A DNA stretch of 32,256 nt from Clostridia bacterium. GTDB taxonomy: Bacteria; Bacillota; Clostridia; Christensenellales; CAG-138. Positions 1 through 8,900 of the stretch are shown here, one piece after another. Position numbers and translations under genes: made by a program. The stretch lies in contig JAZNHI010000049.1 in the NCBI GenBank assembly GCA_045576895.1, positions 1-32,256 of the forward strand, read 5' to 3'. Each line of letters begins with the position of its first letter. The stretch's first letter is position 1. Below the pieces are notes generated by a model, which did not search any database, was not told where the DNA came from, and worked only from the letters and a program-made list of their open reading frames with translations.

Positions 1-21
1 GCGATCCTCGCGCTTTAGCGG

Positions 22-49
22 TTGACAAACGCAGAAATGCGTGTACAAT
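22..49 (+). promoter_or_regulatory. sigmaA-type promoter of tRNA-Leu
   Basis: TTGACA (22-27), 16-nt spacer, TACAAT (44-49), 9 nt upstream of the tRNA 5' end. Confidence 0.75.
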
Positions 50-58
50 AGTATCGAT

Positions 59-141
59 GCGATTGTGGTGGAACGGCATACACAACGGACTTAAAATCCG
101 TCGGGGAAACCTTGCGGGTTCAAATCCCGCCAATCGCACCA
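59..141 (+). tRNA. tRNA-Leu (anticodon UAA)
   Basis: Acceptor stem GCGATTG/CAATCGC, D-loop with GG, anticodon stem ACGGA/TCCGT with loop CTTAAAA, class II variable arm (GGG-GAAA-CCT), T-arm GCGGG-TTCAAAT-CCCGC, discriminator A and encoded CCA. Confidence 0.96.
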
Positions 142-179
142 AAACAAATACCACCCAGAGCGGTGGTATTTGTTTTGGT
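138..179 (+). terminator. 18-bp perfect hairpin after the tRNA (probable terminator or processing stem)
   Basis: ACCAAAACAAATACCACC (138-155), loop CAGAGC, GGTGGTATTTGTTTTGGT (162-179). Confidence 0.7.
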
Positions 180-208
180 CTGTATGATCAGCATGTAAAC
201 AAAACATC

Positions 209-237
209 TTGCGAAAAGCGGTCGATGTTGATAGAAT
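209..237 (+). promoter_or_regulatory. sigmaA-type promoter of the two-component operon
   Basis: TTGCGA (209-214), 17-nt spacer, TAGAAT (232-237) with extended TGn; RBS AAAGGAGG before ATG 262. Confidence 0.6.
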
Positions 238-261
238 AAAACAATCGAAAGGAGGCGCGGA

Positions 262-924
262 ATGAGGATCCTGCTCGTAGAAGACGATCAGGCGATTGTT
301 GAGACACTCTCGGAGTTTCTGGAAAGCGAGGGCTTTTCGATCGCGTCGAAATCGTCGGAAAAACCGGCGATCGCAGCGATCGATGCGACGCCGTTCGATC
401 TTGTGCTGCTGGACGTATCGCTTGCGCGGGGAAGCGGATTCCCCGTCTGCGAAGCTGCAAAGGCAAAAGGGATTCCCGTGATCTTCCTGACCGCGTCCGG
501 CGATGAAAACAGCGTGGTCAAGGGGCTCGATATGGGCGCGGACGACTATATTACCAAGCCGTTCCGTCCGCGGGAGCTTGTTTCGCGTATCAGAAGCGTG
601 CTGCGCAGAAGCGGCGCGGAATCCGTGCTGCTGCTCGGCAACGGCGTTGCGGTCGATCCGGATCGCGGCGTGGTGACAAAGGACGGCGGCGAAATCAAGC
701 TTTCCGCACTGGAATTCCGGCTGCTGATGGCGTTTCTGAACCATCGCGGCAAGCTCATGACACGGGAAAAGCTTTTGGAGGACATCTGGGACATCGCGGG
801 CGATTTCGTCAACGACAACACGCTGACCGTTTACATCAAGCGCCTTCGGGTGAAGCTCGGTGACGATCCGCAGGAACCCCAGATCATCAAAACCGTACGC
901 GGGCTCGGGTACCGCATGGACTGA
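262..924 (+). CDS. OmpR/PhoB-family response regulator
   Basis: Receiver motifs ILLVEDD, LVLLD, GADDYITKPF; winged-helix C-terminus (LTVYIKRLRVKL, IKTVRGLGYR); strong RBS. Confidence 0.95.
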   Translation: MRILLVEDDQAIVETLSEFLESEGFSIASKSSEKPAIAAIDATPFDLVLLDVSLARGSGFPVCEAAKAKGIPVIFLTASGDENSVVKGLDMGADDYITKPFRPRELVSRIRSVLRRSGAESVLLLGNGVAVDPDRGVVTKDGGEIKLSALEFRLLMAFLNHRGKLMTREKLLEDIWDIAGDFVNDNTLTVYIKRLRVKLGDDPQEPQIIKTVRGLGYRMD

Positions 925-925
925 T

Positions 926-1924
926 ATGTTTCGGAATCGGGAACTGAAAATCGAATGGATCATCGACGCCGCGCTGACGGTTCTGCTTTCCGCGGCGGGT
1001 TTCTTTGTGCATCCGCTTGCCGGCGTTTTGCTTCTTGTGCTCGGCGGCGGGCTTACCGCGCTGCATCTGTTTCTCGGCCGCCGACGCTATGCAAGGATCG
1101 AAGCACTTTCAAAAAGCGTCGACCGTGTACTGCACGAACAGGATCGGATCCTGATCACGGACAGCGAGGAGGGCGAGCTTGCGATTTTAACCGCGGAGAT
1201 CCGCAAGATGACTGTGCGCATGAAGGAGCAGACCGAGCAGCTGAAGGACGACAAACGCCTTTTGTCCGACGCGATCGCGGACCTGTTTCACCAGATCCGC
1301 ACGCCGCTGACTTCCATGAACCTCATTGTGTCGCTGCTTTCCGAGGACGACCTTCCGACAGAAAAACGGCTTCGGTATCTGCATGAGCTCAAACAGCAGC
1401 TTATGAGGATCCAATGGATCACGGAAACGCTTCTGAAGCTCTCCAAACTGGACGCCGAAACGGTGCGGTTCCGTCCGGAGCCGATTAAAGCACGGACGCT
1501 CATCGAACAGGCGGCGGAGCCCCTTGCAATCCGCATGGAATTGAAGGATATCGCCTTTATAATCGAGGACGACGGCGCCGTGCTTTTGGTCGATCGGGCA
1601 TGGACGGTTGAAGCGCTTTCCAACATTCTGAAAAACTGCATGGAGCACACGCCGGAGGGCGGGACGATCACGGTGCGCGCGGAGGAAAGCCCGGTGTTCT
1701 GCCGCATTACGGTCAGCGATACCGGAACGGGCTTTGATCCGGAGGATCTTGCGCATATCTTCGAGCGCTTCTACCGCGGCAAAAACGCGGCGGATGACAG
1801 CATCGGGATCGGGCTTGCGCTTTCGCGTGAGGTGATCGCCGCACAGGGCGGCACGATCGTAGCAAAGAACGCCGACACGGGCGGCGCGCAGTTTGTGATC
1901 ACATTCTATAAGACGGTGCTGTAA
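926..1924 (+). CDS. Sensor histidine kinase, intramembrane-sensing type (HisKA + HATPase)
   Basis: Start moved to ATG 926, 1 nt after the regulator stop. Two adjacent TM helices with no extracellular domain; H-box DLFHQIRTPLT, N-box NILKNCMEH, G1 DTGTG, F-box IFERFY, G2 GIGL. Confidence 0.93.
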   Translation: MFRNRELKIEWIIDAALTVLLSAAGFFVHPLAGVLLLVLGGGLTALHLFLGRRRYARIEALSKSVDRVLHEQDRILITDSEEGELAILTAEIRKMTVRMKEQTEQLKDDKRLLSDAIADLFHQIRTPLTSMNLIVSLLSEDDLPTEKRLRYLHELKQQLMRIQWITETLLKLSKLDAETVRFRPEPIKARTLIEQAAEPLAIRMELKDIAFIIEDDGAVLLVDRAWTVEALSNILKNCMEHTPEGGTITVRAEESPVFCRITVSDTGTGFDPEDLAHIFERFYRGKNAADDSIGIGLALSREVIAAQGGTIVAKNADTGGAQFVITFYKTVL

Positions 1925-2095
1925 TCCTTTTACCAATCTGATAGCAGGAAAAGTGCGGTGTAGCCGCACGCGCGAAACCGACGGAGAAAAACGGCATATA
2001 AATCGGTCAAATCCGGCGACATGTGCGGCGGATTTGACTCCTTGCAGTTTCTGCCGCCCGGAAATGCGCAGCATTTTAGGCAGAAATTGAAAAAC

Positions 2096-2126
2096 CAGTC
2101 TGTTGAAAACTTTTTTCAACAGACTG
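2096..2126. repeat. Perfect 14-bp inverted repeat ending a multi-hairpin intergenic element
   Basis: CAGTCTGTTGAAAA (2096-2109), CTT, TTTTCAACAGACTG (2113-2126). Confidence 0.7.
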
Positions 2127-2133
2127 CTTGTGG

Positions 2134-2166
2134 TGTCACCGAACTGTCACTTTTGTTATTTATACT
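2134..2166 (+). promoter_or_regulatory. Putative response-regulator-activated promoter of the ABC operon
   Basis: Direct repeat TGTCAC (2134-2139, 2145-2150; 11-bp period) where a -35 would sit; -10 TATACT at 2161-2166. Confidence 0.65.
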
Positions 2167-2196
2167 GAAAACAGAACAACCGAAGGAGGCAATCCC

Positions 2197-2889
2197 ATGG
2201 AAATATTAACGGTCGAAAACCTGACGAAGATATACGGCGCGGGAAACGCCGAGGTCCGCGCATTGGACGGCGTATCGTTTGCAGTGGAGAAGGGCGAATT
2301 TCTTGCGATCATCGGTCCGAGCGGCAGCGGTAAATCGACGCTTTTACACGCTTTGGGCGGCGTCGACCGTCCGACGTCCGGCAAGGTCTATATGAACGGA
2401 CAGGACGTCTACGCGCAGAACGAGGAGCAGCTTGCGATCTTCCGCCGCCGTCACGTCGGGCTCATCTACCAGTTCTATAACCTGATTCCGGTGTTGAACG
2501 TGGTCGAAAACATGACGCTGCCGGTTCGTATGGACGGGCGCAAGGTCAACGAGGCGCGCTTGAACGAGCTTCTGCACCTGCTCGCATTGGAGGATCGCAA
2601 AAATAATCTGCCCAATCAGCTTTCCGGCGGACAGCAGCAGCGCGTGTCGATCGGCAGGGCTTTGATGAACGCGCCGGAGATCGTGCTTGCCGACGAGCCG
2701 ACCGGCAACCTCGATTCCAAGAACAGCCGCGAGATCGTGGAGCTTTTGAAGGTCAGTAACCGCAAGTACAACCAGACGCTGATCGTCATCACGCACGACG
2801 AGCAGATTGCGCTGCAGGCGGACCGCGTGATCGCGATCGAGGACGGCAGGATCACCAAGGACGAGCGCATCCGGAGGGCGCAGGCATGA
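2197..2889 (+). CDS. ABC transporter ATP-binding protein (LolD/MacB/BceA-like)
   Basis: ATG 2197 after RBS AAGGAGG; Walker A GPSGSGKS, signature LSGGQQQR, Walker B VLADEPTGNLD, H-loop ITHD. Confidence 0.95.
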   Translation: MEILTVENLTKIYGAGNAEVRALDGVSFAVEKGEFLAIIGPSGSGKSTLLHALGGVDRPTSGKVYMNGQDVYAQNEEQLAIFRRRHVGLIYQFYNLIPVLNVVENMTLPVRMDGRKVNEARLNELLHLLALEDRKNNLPNQLSGGQQQRVSIGRALMNAPEIVLADEPTGNLDSKNSREIVELLKVSNRKYNQTLIVITHDEQIALQADRVIAIEDGRITKDERIRRAQA

Positions 2890-5600
2890 ACATTCTGCAT
2901 ACCTTTACACGGCGCGCGCTCAAAAAGAACCGCATGCGCACGTGGGTCACAATCATCGGCATCGTGCTTTCGATGGCGCTTTTGACCGCAGTCATCGAAG
3001 GCGCGTACAGCGGACTGGTCTATATGCGCGGCGTGACGACAGAGGACACGGGCGACTGGCACGCCTATTTTTCGGGTCTCGACGAAGCGACCGCGCGAAG
3101 CGTCAAAGATCAGGAATTTGTGAAGGACGTCGTGACGACCTGGCGGCTCGTCGGCTATGAAGCGCAGGATCCCGAAGCCGAACGTCAGCCGGTCTTTGTA
3201 GACGCGCTCGAGGGCGATTCGCCGCTGATTGCAAGCCGCATCAAAGAAGGAAGAATGCCCGAAAACGATCGTGAGCTGATCCTTTCGAGCAATTTCTACG
3301 GAATCGTGAAGCAAAATGCGCTTGACGTGTTCGAGATTGGCAGCACCGTTACCATGTCAATCGGCAATCGTATGAGCCCGGACGGCAAGCCGCTTTCCGA
3401 GTATGATTCGATGTGGGAGGGCGAGACCGTCGCCGACGCAAAACCGGTAACCTATACGATCGTCGGCGTCTATCGGAGCTTCGATCCCTCAGTGCGGGGC
3501 ACGGGCTGCCGCGCGCTGACCAAGGGACAGGGAACAGGAGAAGCCTCCGTATTCTTTACGGTCAAGCATCCGTACTTTTTCAAATCCGTCATGAACAGCC
3601 AGACGGTTTCGCAAAACTGGCGCAAAAACGCCTCCTTGATGCGACTGTACGGCGTGTTCAATGACGACGTCGTTGTCAGTGTGCTCTACGGCTTTACGGC
3701 AGTGCTGGTCGTGCTCGTCATGTTCGGCTCAATCTCGCTGATTTACAACGCGTTTTCGATCTCGGTCGCCGAGCGCACGCGGCAGTTCGGCATTCTGAAA
3801 TCCATCGGCGCGACAAAAAAGCAGATTCGCGCGTCGGTGCGCTATGAAGCGCTTGTGCTTTCCGCGATCGGCATCCCGATCGGGCTCATCGTCGGTTGCG
3901 CGGGCATCGGGATCACGCTCTGGGCGATCCGCGGCACCATTTCGGCGCTGATGCCGAATGCCGAGACGCAGATGCGGCTTGCGCTGCATCTGATCGCGCT
4001 TTTGATCGCCGCAGTCATTGCGCTCATTACGGTGCTGATCTCCGCCGCGGTTCCCGCACGGCGGGCGGCGCGCCTGCAGCCGATCGAAGCGATCCGCAGC
4101 ACGGCGGACATCAGGACCAAGGCGAAGGAGGTCAAAACCTCCAAGCTCACCGAAAAGCTGTTCGGCTTCGAGGGCGCGATGGGCGCGAAGAACTTCAAGC
4201 GCAACAGGAAGGGCTATCGCGCGACGGTGCTGTCGCTGTTTATGAGCGTGGTACTGTTCATCTCCGCCTCGTCGTTCTGCGTCTACCTCACCGATATGGT
4301 CAAAACGGTCGCCGAAAACAGCAACGTCGACGTGTTCGCCTATGTGCCGGTCTATGCCGCGAAGGACGTGATGCAGCAGGCGCGCGGCTTCGAAGGCGTC
4401 ACGCGTTCGACATACAGCTTTATACTGGATTCCGGCGTCGACGGTTTCCATGCCGACCGCGCGCTGTTGACCGACGCATACAATGCCATTCCGTCTCACG
4501 GATATACGTTTAACAACGAGCTGTTGGATATGAACATGAGCGTTCTCTATCTGGAGGACGAGGCATTCCGCGCGCTGTGCAGGGCAAGCGGCGTCGATCC
4601 GGAGCCATACTTTGCGGAAGACTGCCCCTACGGCGTTTTGATGAACACGGGGATCACGGAACAGGTTGTCGACGGGAAGCGTGTGAAGTACTACCGCTAC
4701 GACCTGTTCAAAGCCGATGCGCTGCCAGCGTCGGTGGAGACGAGGGAGATCCAAAAACGCGACGGCTTTGTCTGGGAATATATGTACGACCACGAAGCGG
4801 ACGAGATAAAGGTCGCCTACTATCCCGAGGAATACTGGCGGCAGGTGACGGCGGCAGCGGCGGAAACGCATTCGTATACGCTCGACCGCGAAAAGGCAGA
4901 CGCGATTCTCACGGAGGACGAGGTGAGCGTGCCCGTGACCTACTCCTTTGACGCGTTTGTACAATCCGACGATTTCTGCATCCCGACCGATCGCGCGTCG
5001 CTGATCTATCCGTTCTCCCGTCTGCCGGAAGCGACGTACAAGAGCGAATCGCAGGCGCAGCTGTACTTTCAGACGACCGAGCATAAGGAACTCAGGGAAG
5101 CGCTTCTGAAGCTCTTTTCGGAATCGGAATTCCGTTACAACGCCTATGCGGGCGATCTTGCGGAGGGGCGCGAACAGAGCCGCATGATCGTCGGCGTCGT
5201 CAACGTGTTCGCCTACGGCTTCATCATCCTGATCTCGCTGATTGCGGCGGCGAACGTGTTCAACACGATCAGCACGAACATCATGCTGCGGCGCAGGGAG
5301 TTCGCAATGCTGAAATCGATCGGCATGACGGAGAAGGGCATGCGGAAGATGCTGAGCTACGAGTGCGTCATCTACGGACTGCGCGCGCTGCTTCTGGGTC
5401 TTCCGGTCTCGATCGGCGTCACGTTCCTGATCCACCGGATCGTCGCACAGGAGCTTCAACGCGGCTTCTATGTGCCATGGCACAGCATCGCGATCGCTGT
5501 CGGCTCGGTGTTCCTCGTTGTATTCGCAACCATGCTCTACGCGCGGAACAGGCTTAAAAAGGACAATCCGATCGACGCCTTGAAAAACGAAAACCTTTGA
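2886..5600 (+). CDS. ABC transporter permease with two FtsX/MacB-like repeats
   Basis: ATGA overlap with the ATPase. Two FtsX signatures (ERTRQFGILKSIGAT, RRREFAMLKSIGMT), each following a TM helix and a large extracytoplasmic loop; C-terminal NPIDALK. Confidence 0.92.
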   Translation: MNILHTFTRRALKKNRMRTWVTIIGIVLSMALLTAVIEGAYSGLVYMRGVTTEDTGDWHAYFSGLDEATARSVKDQEFVKDVVTTWRLVGYEAQDPEAERQPVFVDALEGDSPLIASRIKEGRMPENDRELILSSNFYGIVKQNALDVFEIGSTVTMSIGNRMSPDGKPLSEYDSMWEGETVADAKPVTYTIVGVYRSFDPSVRGTGCRALTKGQGTGEASVFFTVKHPYFFKSVMNSQTVSQNWRKNASLMRLYGVFNDDVVVSVLYGFTAVLVVLVMFGSISLIYNAFSISVAERTRQFGILKSIGATKKQIRASVRYEALVLSAIGIPIGLIVGCAGIGITLWAIRGTISALMPNAETQMRLALHLIALLIAAVIALITVLISAAVPARRAARLQPIEAIRSTADIRTKAKEVKTSKLTEKLFGFEGAMGAKNFKRNRKGYRATVLSLFMSVVLFISASSFCVYLTDMVKTVAENSNVDVFAYVPVYAAKDVMQQARGFEGVTRSTYSFILDSGVDGFHADRALLTDAYNAIPSHGYTFNNELLDMNMSVLYLEDEAFRALCRASGVDPEPYFAEDCPYGVLMNTGITEQVVDGKRVKYYRYDLFKADALPASVETREIQKRDGFVWEYMYDHEADEIKVAYYPEEYWRQVTAAAAETHSYTLDREKADAILTEDEVSVPVTYSFDAFVQSDDFCIPTDRASLIYPFSRLPEATYKSESQAQLYFQTTEHKELREALLKLFSESEFRYNAYAGDLAEGREQSRMIVGVVNVFAYGFIILISLIAAANVFNTISTNIMLRRREFAMLKSIGMTEKGMRKMLSYECVIYGLRALLLGLPVSIGVTFLIHRIVAQELQRGFYVPWHSIAIAVGSVFLVVFATMLYARNRLKKDNPIDALKNENL

Positions 5601-5636
5601 ACTGCAATGCGACTCTGATACGGATTCAGCGCGACA

Positions 5637-5665
5637 CATGGTACGCGCTTCCCGCGCGTACCATG
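5637..5665. repeat. 12-bp perfect hairpin downstream of the permease
   Basis: CATGGTACGCGC, loop TTCCC, GCGCGTACCATG; no U-tract. Confidence 0.5.
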
Positions 5666-5785
5666 GTCACACTCGGATTTCCGCTCACACGTAAATGCGT
5701 TCGTGCGAAGATCTGTCGGCCCGTCATCTACGCCTGCCCAAAAAGACGGGTCATGCCCTGCGTTTGTTCTGAACAAAAGAATGAT

Positions 5786-5830
5786 AAAAAACACGTTATA
5801 AGGTGTTGAATACTTATAATGTGTTTTTTT
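5786..5830. terminator. AT-rich, possibly bidirectional intrinsic terminator
   Basis: AAAAAACACGTTATAAG, 10-nt loop, CTTATAATGTGTTTTTTT (one G-U pair); A-tract and T-tract at the ends. Confidence 0.6.
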
Positions 5831-5854
5831 ATAAAGAATAAAACGCGATTTGCA

Positions 5855-5906
5855 TTGACATTGTCCTTTGTTATGTATAAAATATAATTGTTACAAATTT
5901 GTAACA
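5855..5906 (+). promoter_or_regulatory. sigmaA promoter of the giant surface-protein gene with an overlapping palindromic operator
   Basis: TTGACA (5855-5860), 17-nt spacer, TAAAAT (5878-5883); perfect 18-bp palindrome TGTTACAAATTTGTAACA (5889-5906); RBS GGAGG at 5914-5918. Confidence 0.7.
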
Positions 5907-5926
5907 TAAGAACGGAGGGTTGATGA

Positions 5927-8900
5927 ATGAAGAAGATTCTGAGCATTATTTTGGTAATCCTTCAGCTTTGTCTGTTGTTCCCGGCTGTTGCGGAAACGGT
6001 TGAGCCGGAAACAAACACTTCCGTCACGTATGAATTGCGGACAGAAGAATCTACGGAAAATCCGGAAGAGGAAGAAATCGGTGGTACTTCCGATGAAACG
6101 GATGATCCCACAGACGTCGCTGAGGAACCGACGGAAGAACCGGAGGAACCGGTTGAGGAACCGACGGAAGATCCGGAAGCGGATATTGAGGAGCCTGCAA
6201 ACGAATCGGATTGGGAAAAGATCCTTTCCGCAGGGATCGTCGATTCCGATGAGACGATCAAACTGAACGGTGATCTGGTTTTACCTGCAGAGCAGACGGT
6301 TGTTCTGCGCAGCGGAGAACTCGTTCTGGAAAAAGATGCGTCTCTGACGATTGAAGGCGTTCTTGCAATCGAAGGCGGGAGACTTCTGGTATCAAAAGGT
6401 GCTGTACTGACGAATCACAATCGAATCCTTCTTACAAAAACGGGATCGCTCTGTGTAAAGGGAAAGTATCATCAATCGACCGACGCGGTCTTCTCGTGGG
6501 ATGGTGCAGAGAAAACGACGTCCGTTGAAGGCGTCGATGCGCAATGGATCGATCGCAGGGTCTCTGCCGATCCGGATCATACGATCACCAGAGGCGAATT
6601 CCGAACGCTCACGGTTGTGATCGGCGCGGTGGATCTGCGAAGCGAGACCGTTGATAAAAAACAACAGAAGGTGGTCTTCAGCGTAAACGGTGAAGACGCG
6701 AAAGATACTGTGATCCGGTATCGTTTGTTCCCGTCGGATGCGAACGAAAAGGAGATCGATTGGATTGAATGTGATGTATCCGATGCACAGGAGATCATGA
6801 TCTCCGAAAGCGGCGTTCTCGAAGCAGAGACGGGCGACAAATCCTTCGGCGCATCGATCGAGTATGTCTTTGAAACAGAATCGAAGCCGGAAACACCCGT
6901 CGAACCGGAAAAGCATGCGGAATTGACGATCACCGCACCGCAAACAAGCGTCTCGATCGATGAAGAACTTCAGTTGAGCGCAACGCTTACGACGGACGAA
7001 ACGGAGGATGTCGATGTTGCGTGGAGCTGTGAGGCGGGAACCGGCGAAGGCATCATTGATGAAGACGGTGTGTTCACAGGATTGTCGGAGGGCACGGTTA
7101 CGGTCTACGCTGTGACACAGGACGGCAGTGAACTCACGCAATCCATTGAGATTACCGTCAATGCATATACCTCTGCGCCGAGGATTACGACGCAGCCGGT
7201 CAACAAGACTGTGCTTCCGGGCGAAGTCGCAGAGTTTTCGGTGGTTGCAAGCAACGCTACGAAGTATCAGTGGTATTACTTGGCGCCGGGGTCGGAAACG
7301 TGGACGGCGGTCAGCGCTTCGAGCGGCAAGACAGCTTCGTACAGTTTAACGGCAGCAGCCCGTCATAACGGATATCAGTATCGCTGCGAAGTCAGCAACA
7401 ACGCCGGAAGCGTAACATCAAAAGCAGTGACGCTTACGGTATTGTTGCCGGTTTCGATTGTTGCGCAGCCGACAGATCAAACCGTGAATGTAGGCGAAAC
7501 GGTAACGTTTACGATCGAAGCAGCCAATGCAACAAAATATGAATGGCAGTATCTTGCACCCGGAGCGGACACATGGTCAGTCGTTACCGCAGCGAGCGGA
7601 AAAACTGCGCAGTATAGTTTTACAACGGCTGCACGTCATAACGGATATAAATACCGTTGCGAAGTCAGCAATTCACTCGGTGCAGTGATTTCAAACGAAG
7701 TTGTTCTGACGGTCATAACAGCGCCGACGATCACGGCGCAGCCAACAGATCAAACCGTTAATGCAGGCGATTTGGTGACGTTTACTGTCACGGCAATGTA
7801 CGCTAAACAGTATCAGTGGTACTATTTAGCGACCGGAACGGATGAATGGAAACCTGTTACATCGACAGGTGGGAAATTGGATACCTACAGCTTCTCAACG
7901 GCAGCACGGCATGATGGGTATCAATATCGCTGCGTCGTCAGCAACGATAACGAAAGTGTTACGTCGGATACCGTAACACTGACGGTCATTACGGCTCCGA
8001 AATTCACGACACAACCGGAGAGTCAAACGGTCAATGTCGGTGAGACGGCGACATTTACAGTCGTAGTAAAGCATGCGACAAAATATCAGTGGTACTATCT
8101 GGCGCCGGGAGCGGAAGACTGGGCAAAGGTTTCCCGAAATGGTACAGCAGCAACGTATACCTTTACGACGGCAGAACGGCATGACGGGTATCAGTATCGC
8201 TGCGAAGCAGGCAACAGCATCGGAGCGACGATGTCGAGCACTGTAACATTGACGGTCATAACAGCTCCGAAATTCACAAAACAACCGGCGAACAAGACTG
8301 TGAATGTCGGCGAGACAGCGACATTTACGGTCGTTGCAAAGCATGCGACAAAATATCAATGGTACTATCTGGCGCCGGGAGCGGAAGACTGGGTAAAGGT
8401 AACCACCAATGGCAGAGCTGCGACATATACAGTTAATACGGAAGCGCGTCATGACGGTTTCCAATATCGTTGCGAAGCAAGCAACAACATCGGAGCGACG
8501 ATGTCAAGCACTGTAACGCTGACGGTCATAACAGCTCCGAAATTCACGAAACAACCAGAGAATAAGACAGTGAATGTCGGCGAGACAGCGACATTTACAG
8601 TCGTAGCAAAGCATGCGACGCAGTATCAGTGGTACTATCTGGCGCCGGGAGCGGAAGACTGGGCAAAGGTTTCCCAAAATGGTACAGCTGCAACGTATAC
8701 CTTTACGACGGCAGCACGGCATGACGGGTATCAGTATCGCTGCGAAGCAAGCAACAGCATCGGAGCGACAATGTCGAGCACCGTAACGCTGACGGTCATA
8801 ACGGCTCCTAAATTCACGAAGCAGCCCGAGGACCAAACGGTCGTAGTCGGCAATACAGTAACGTTTACCGTAGTCGCAACGCAAACGACACAATACCAGT

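Noticed and set aside
59-141. bldA-like control of accessory genes by tRNA-Leu(UAA)
   Set aside because: TTA codons also occur in the kinase and ABC ATPase genes, so there is no evidence of restricted use.
57-239. 60-aa ORF at the window start
   Set aside because: It overlaps the tRNA-Leu gene and its terminator.
5597-5809. 70-aa ORF and small palindromes (e.g. TTTGTTCTGAACAAA) downstream of the permease
   Set aside because: No RBS or protein-like features; the short palindromes cannot be assigned a function from sequence alone.
6121-6171. 18-bp direct repeat (tgaggaaccgacggaaga) at a 33-bp period
   Set aside because: It encodes the low-complexity EEPTE linker; ordinary slippage within a coding region.
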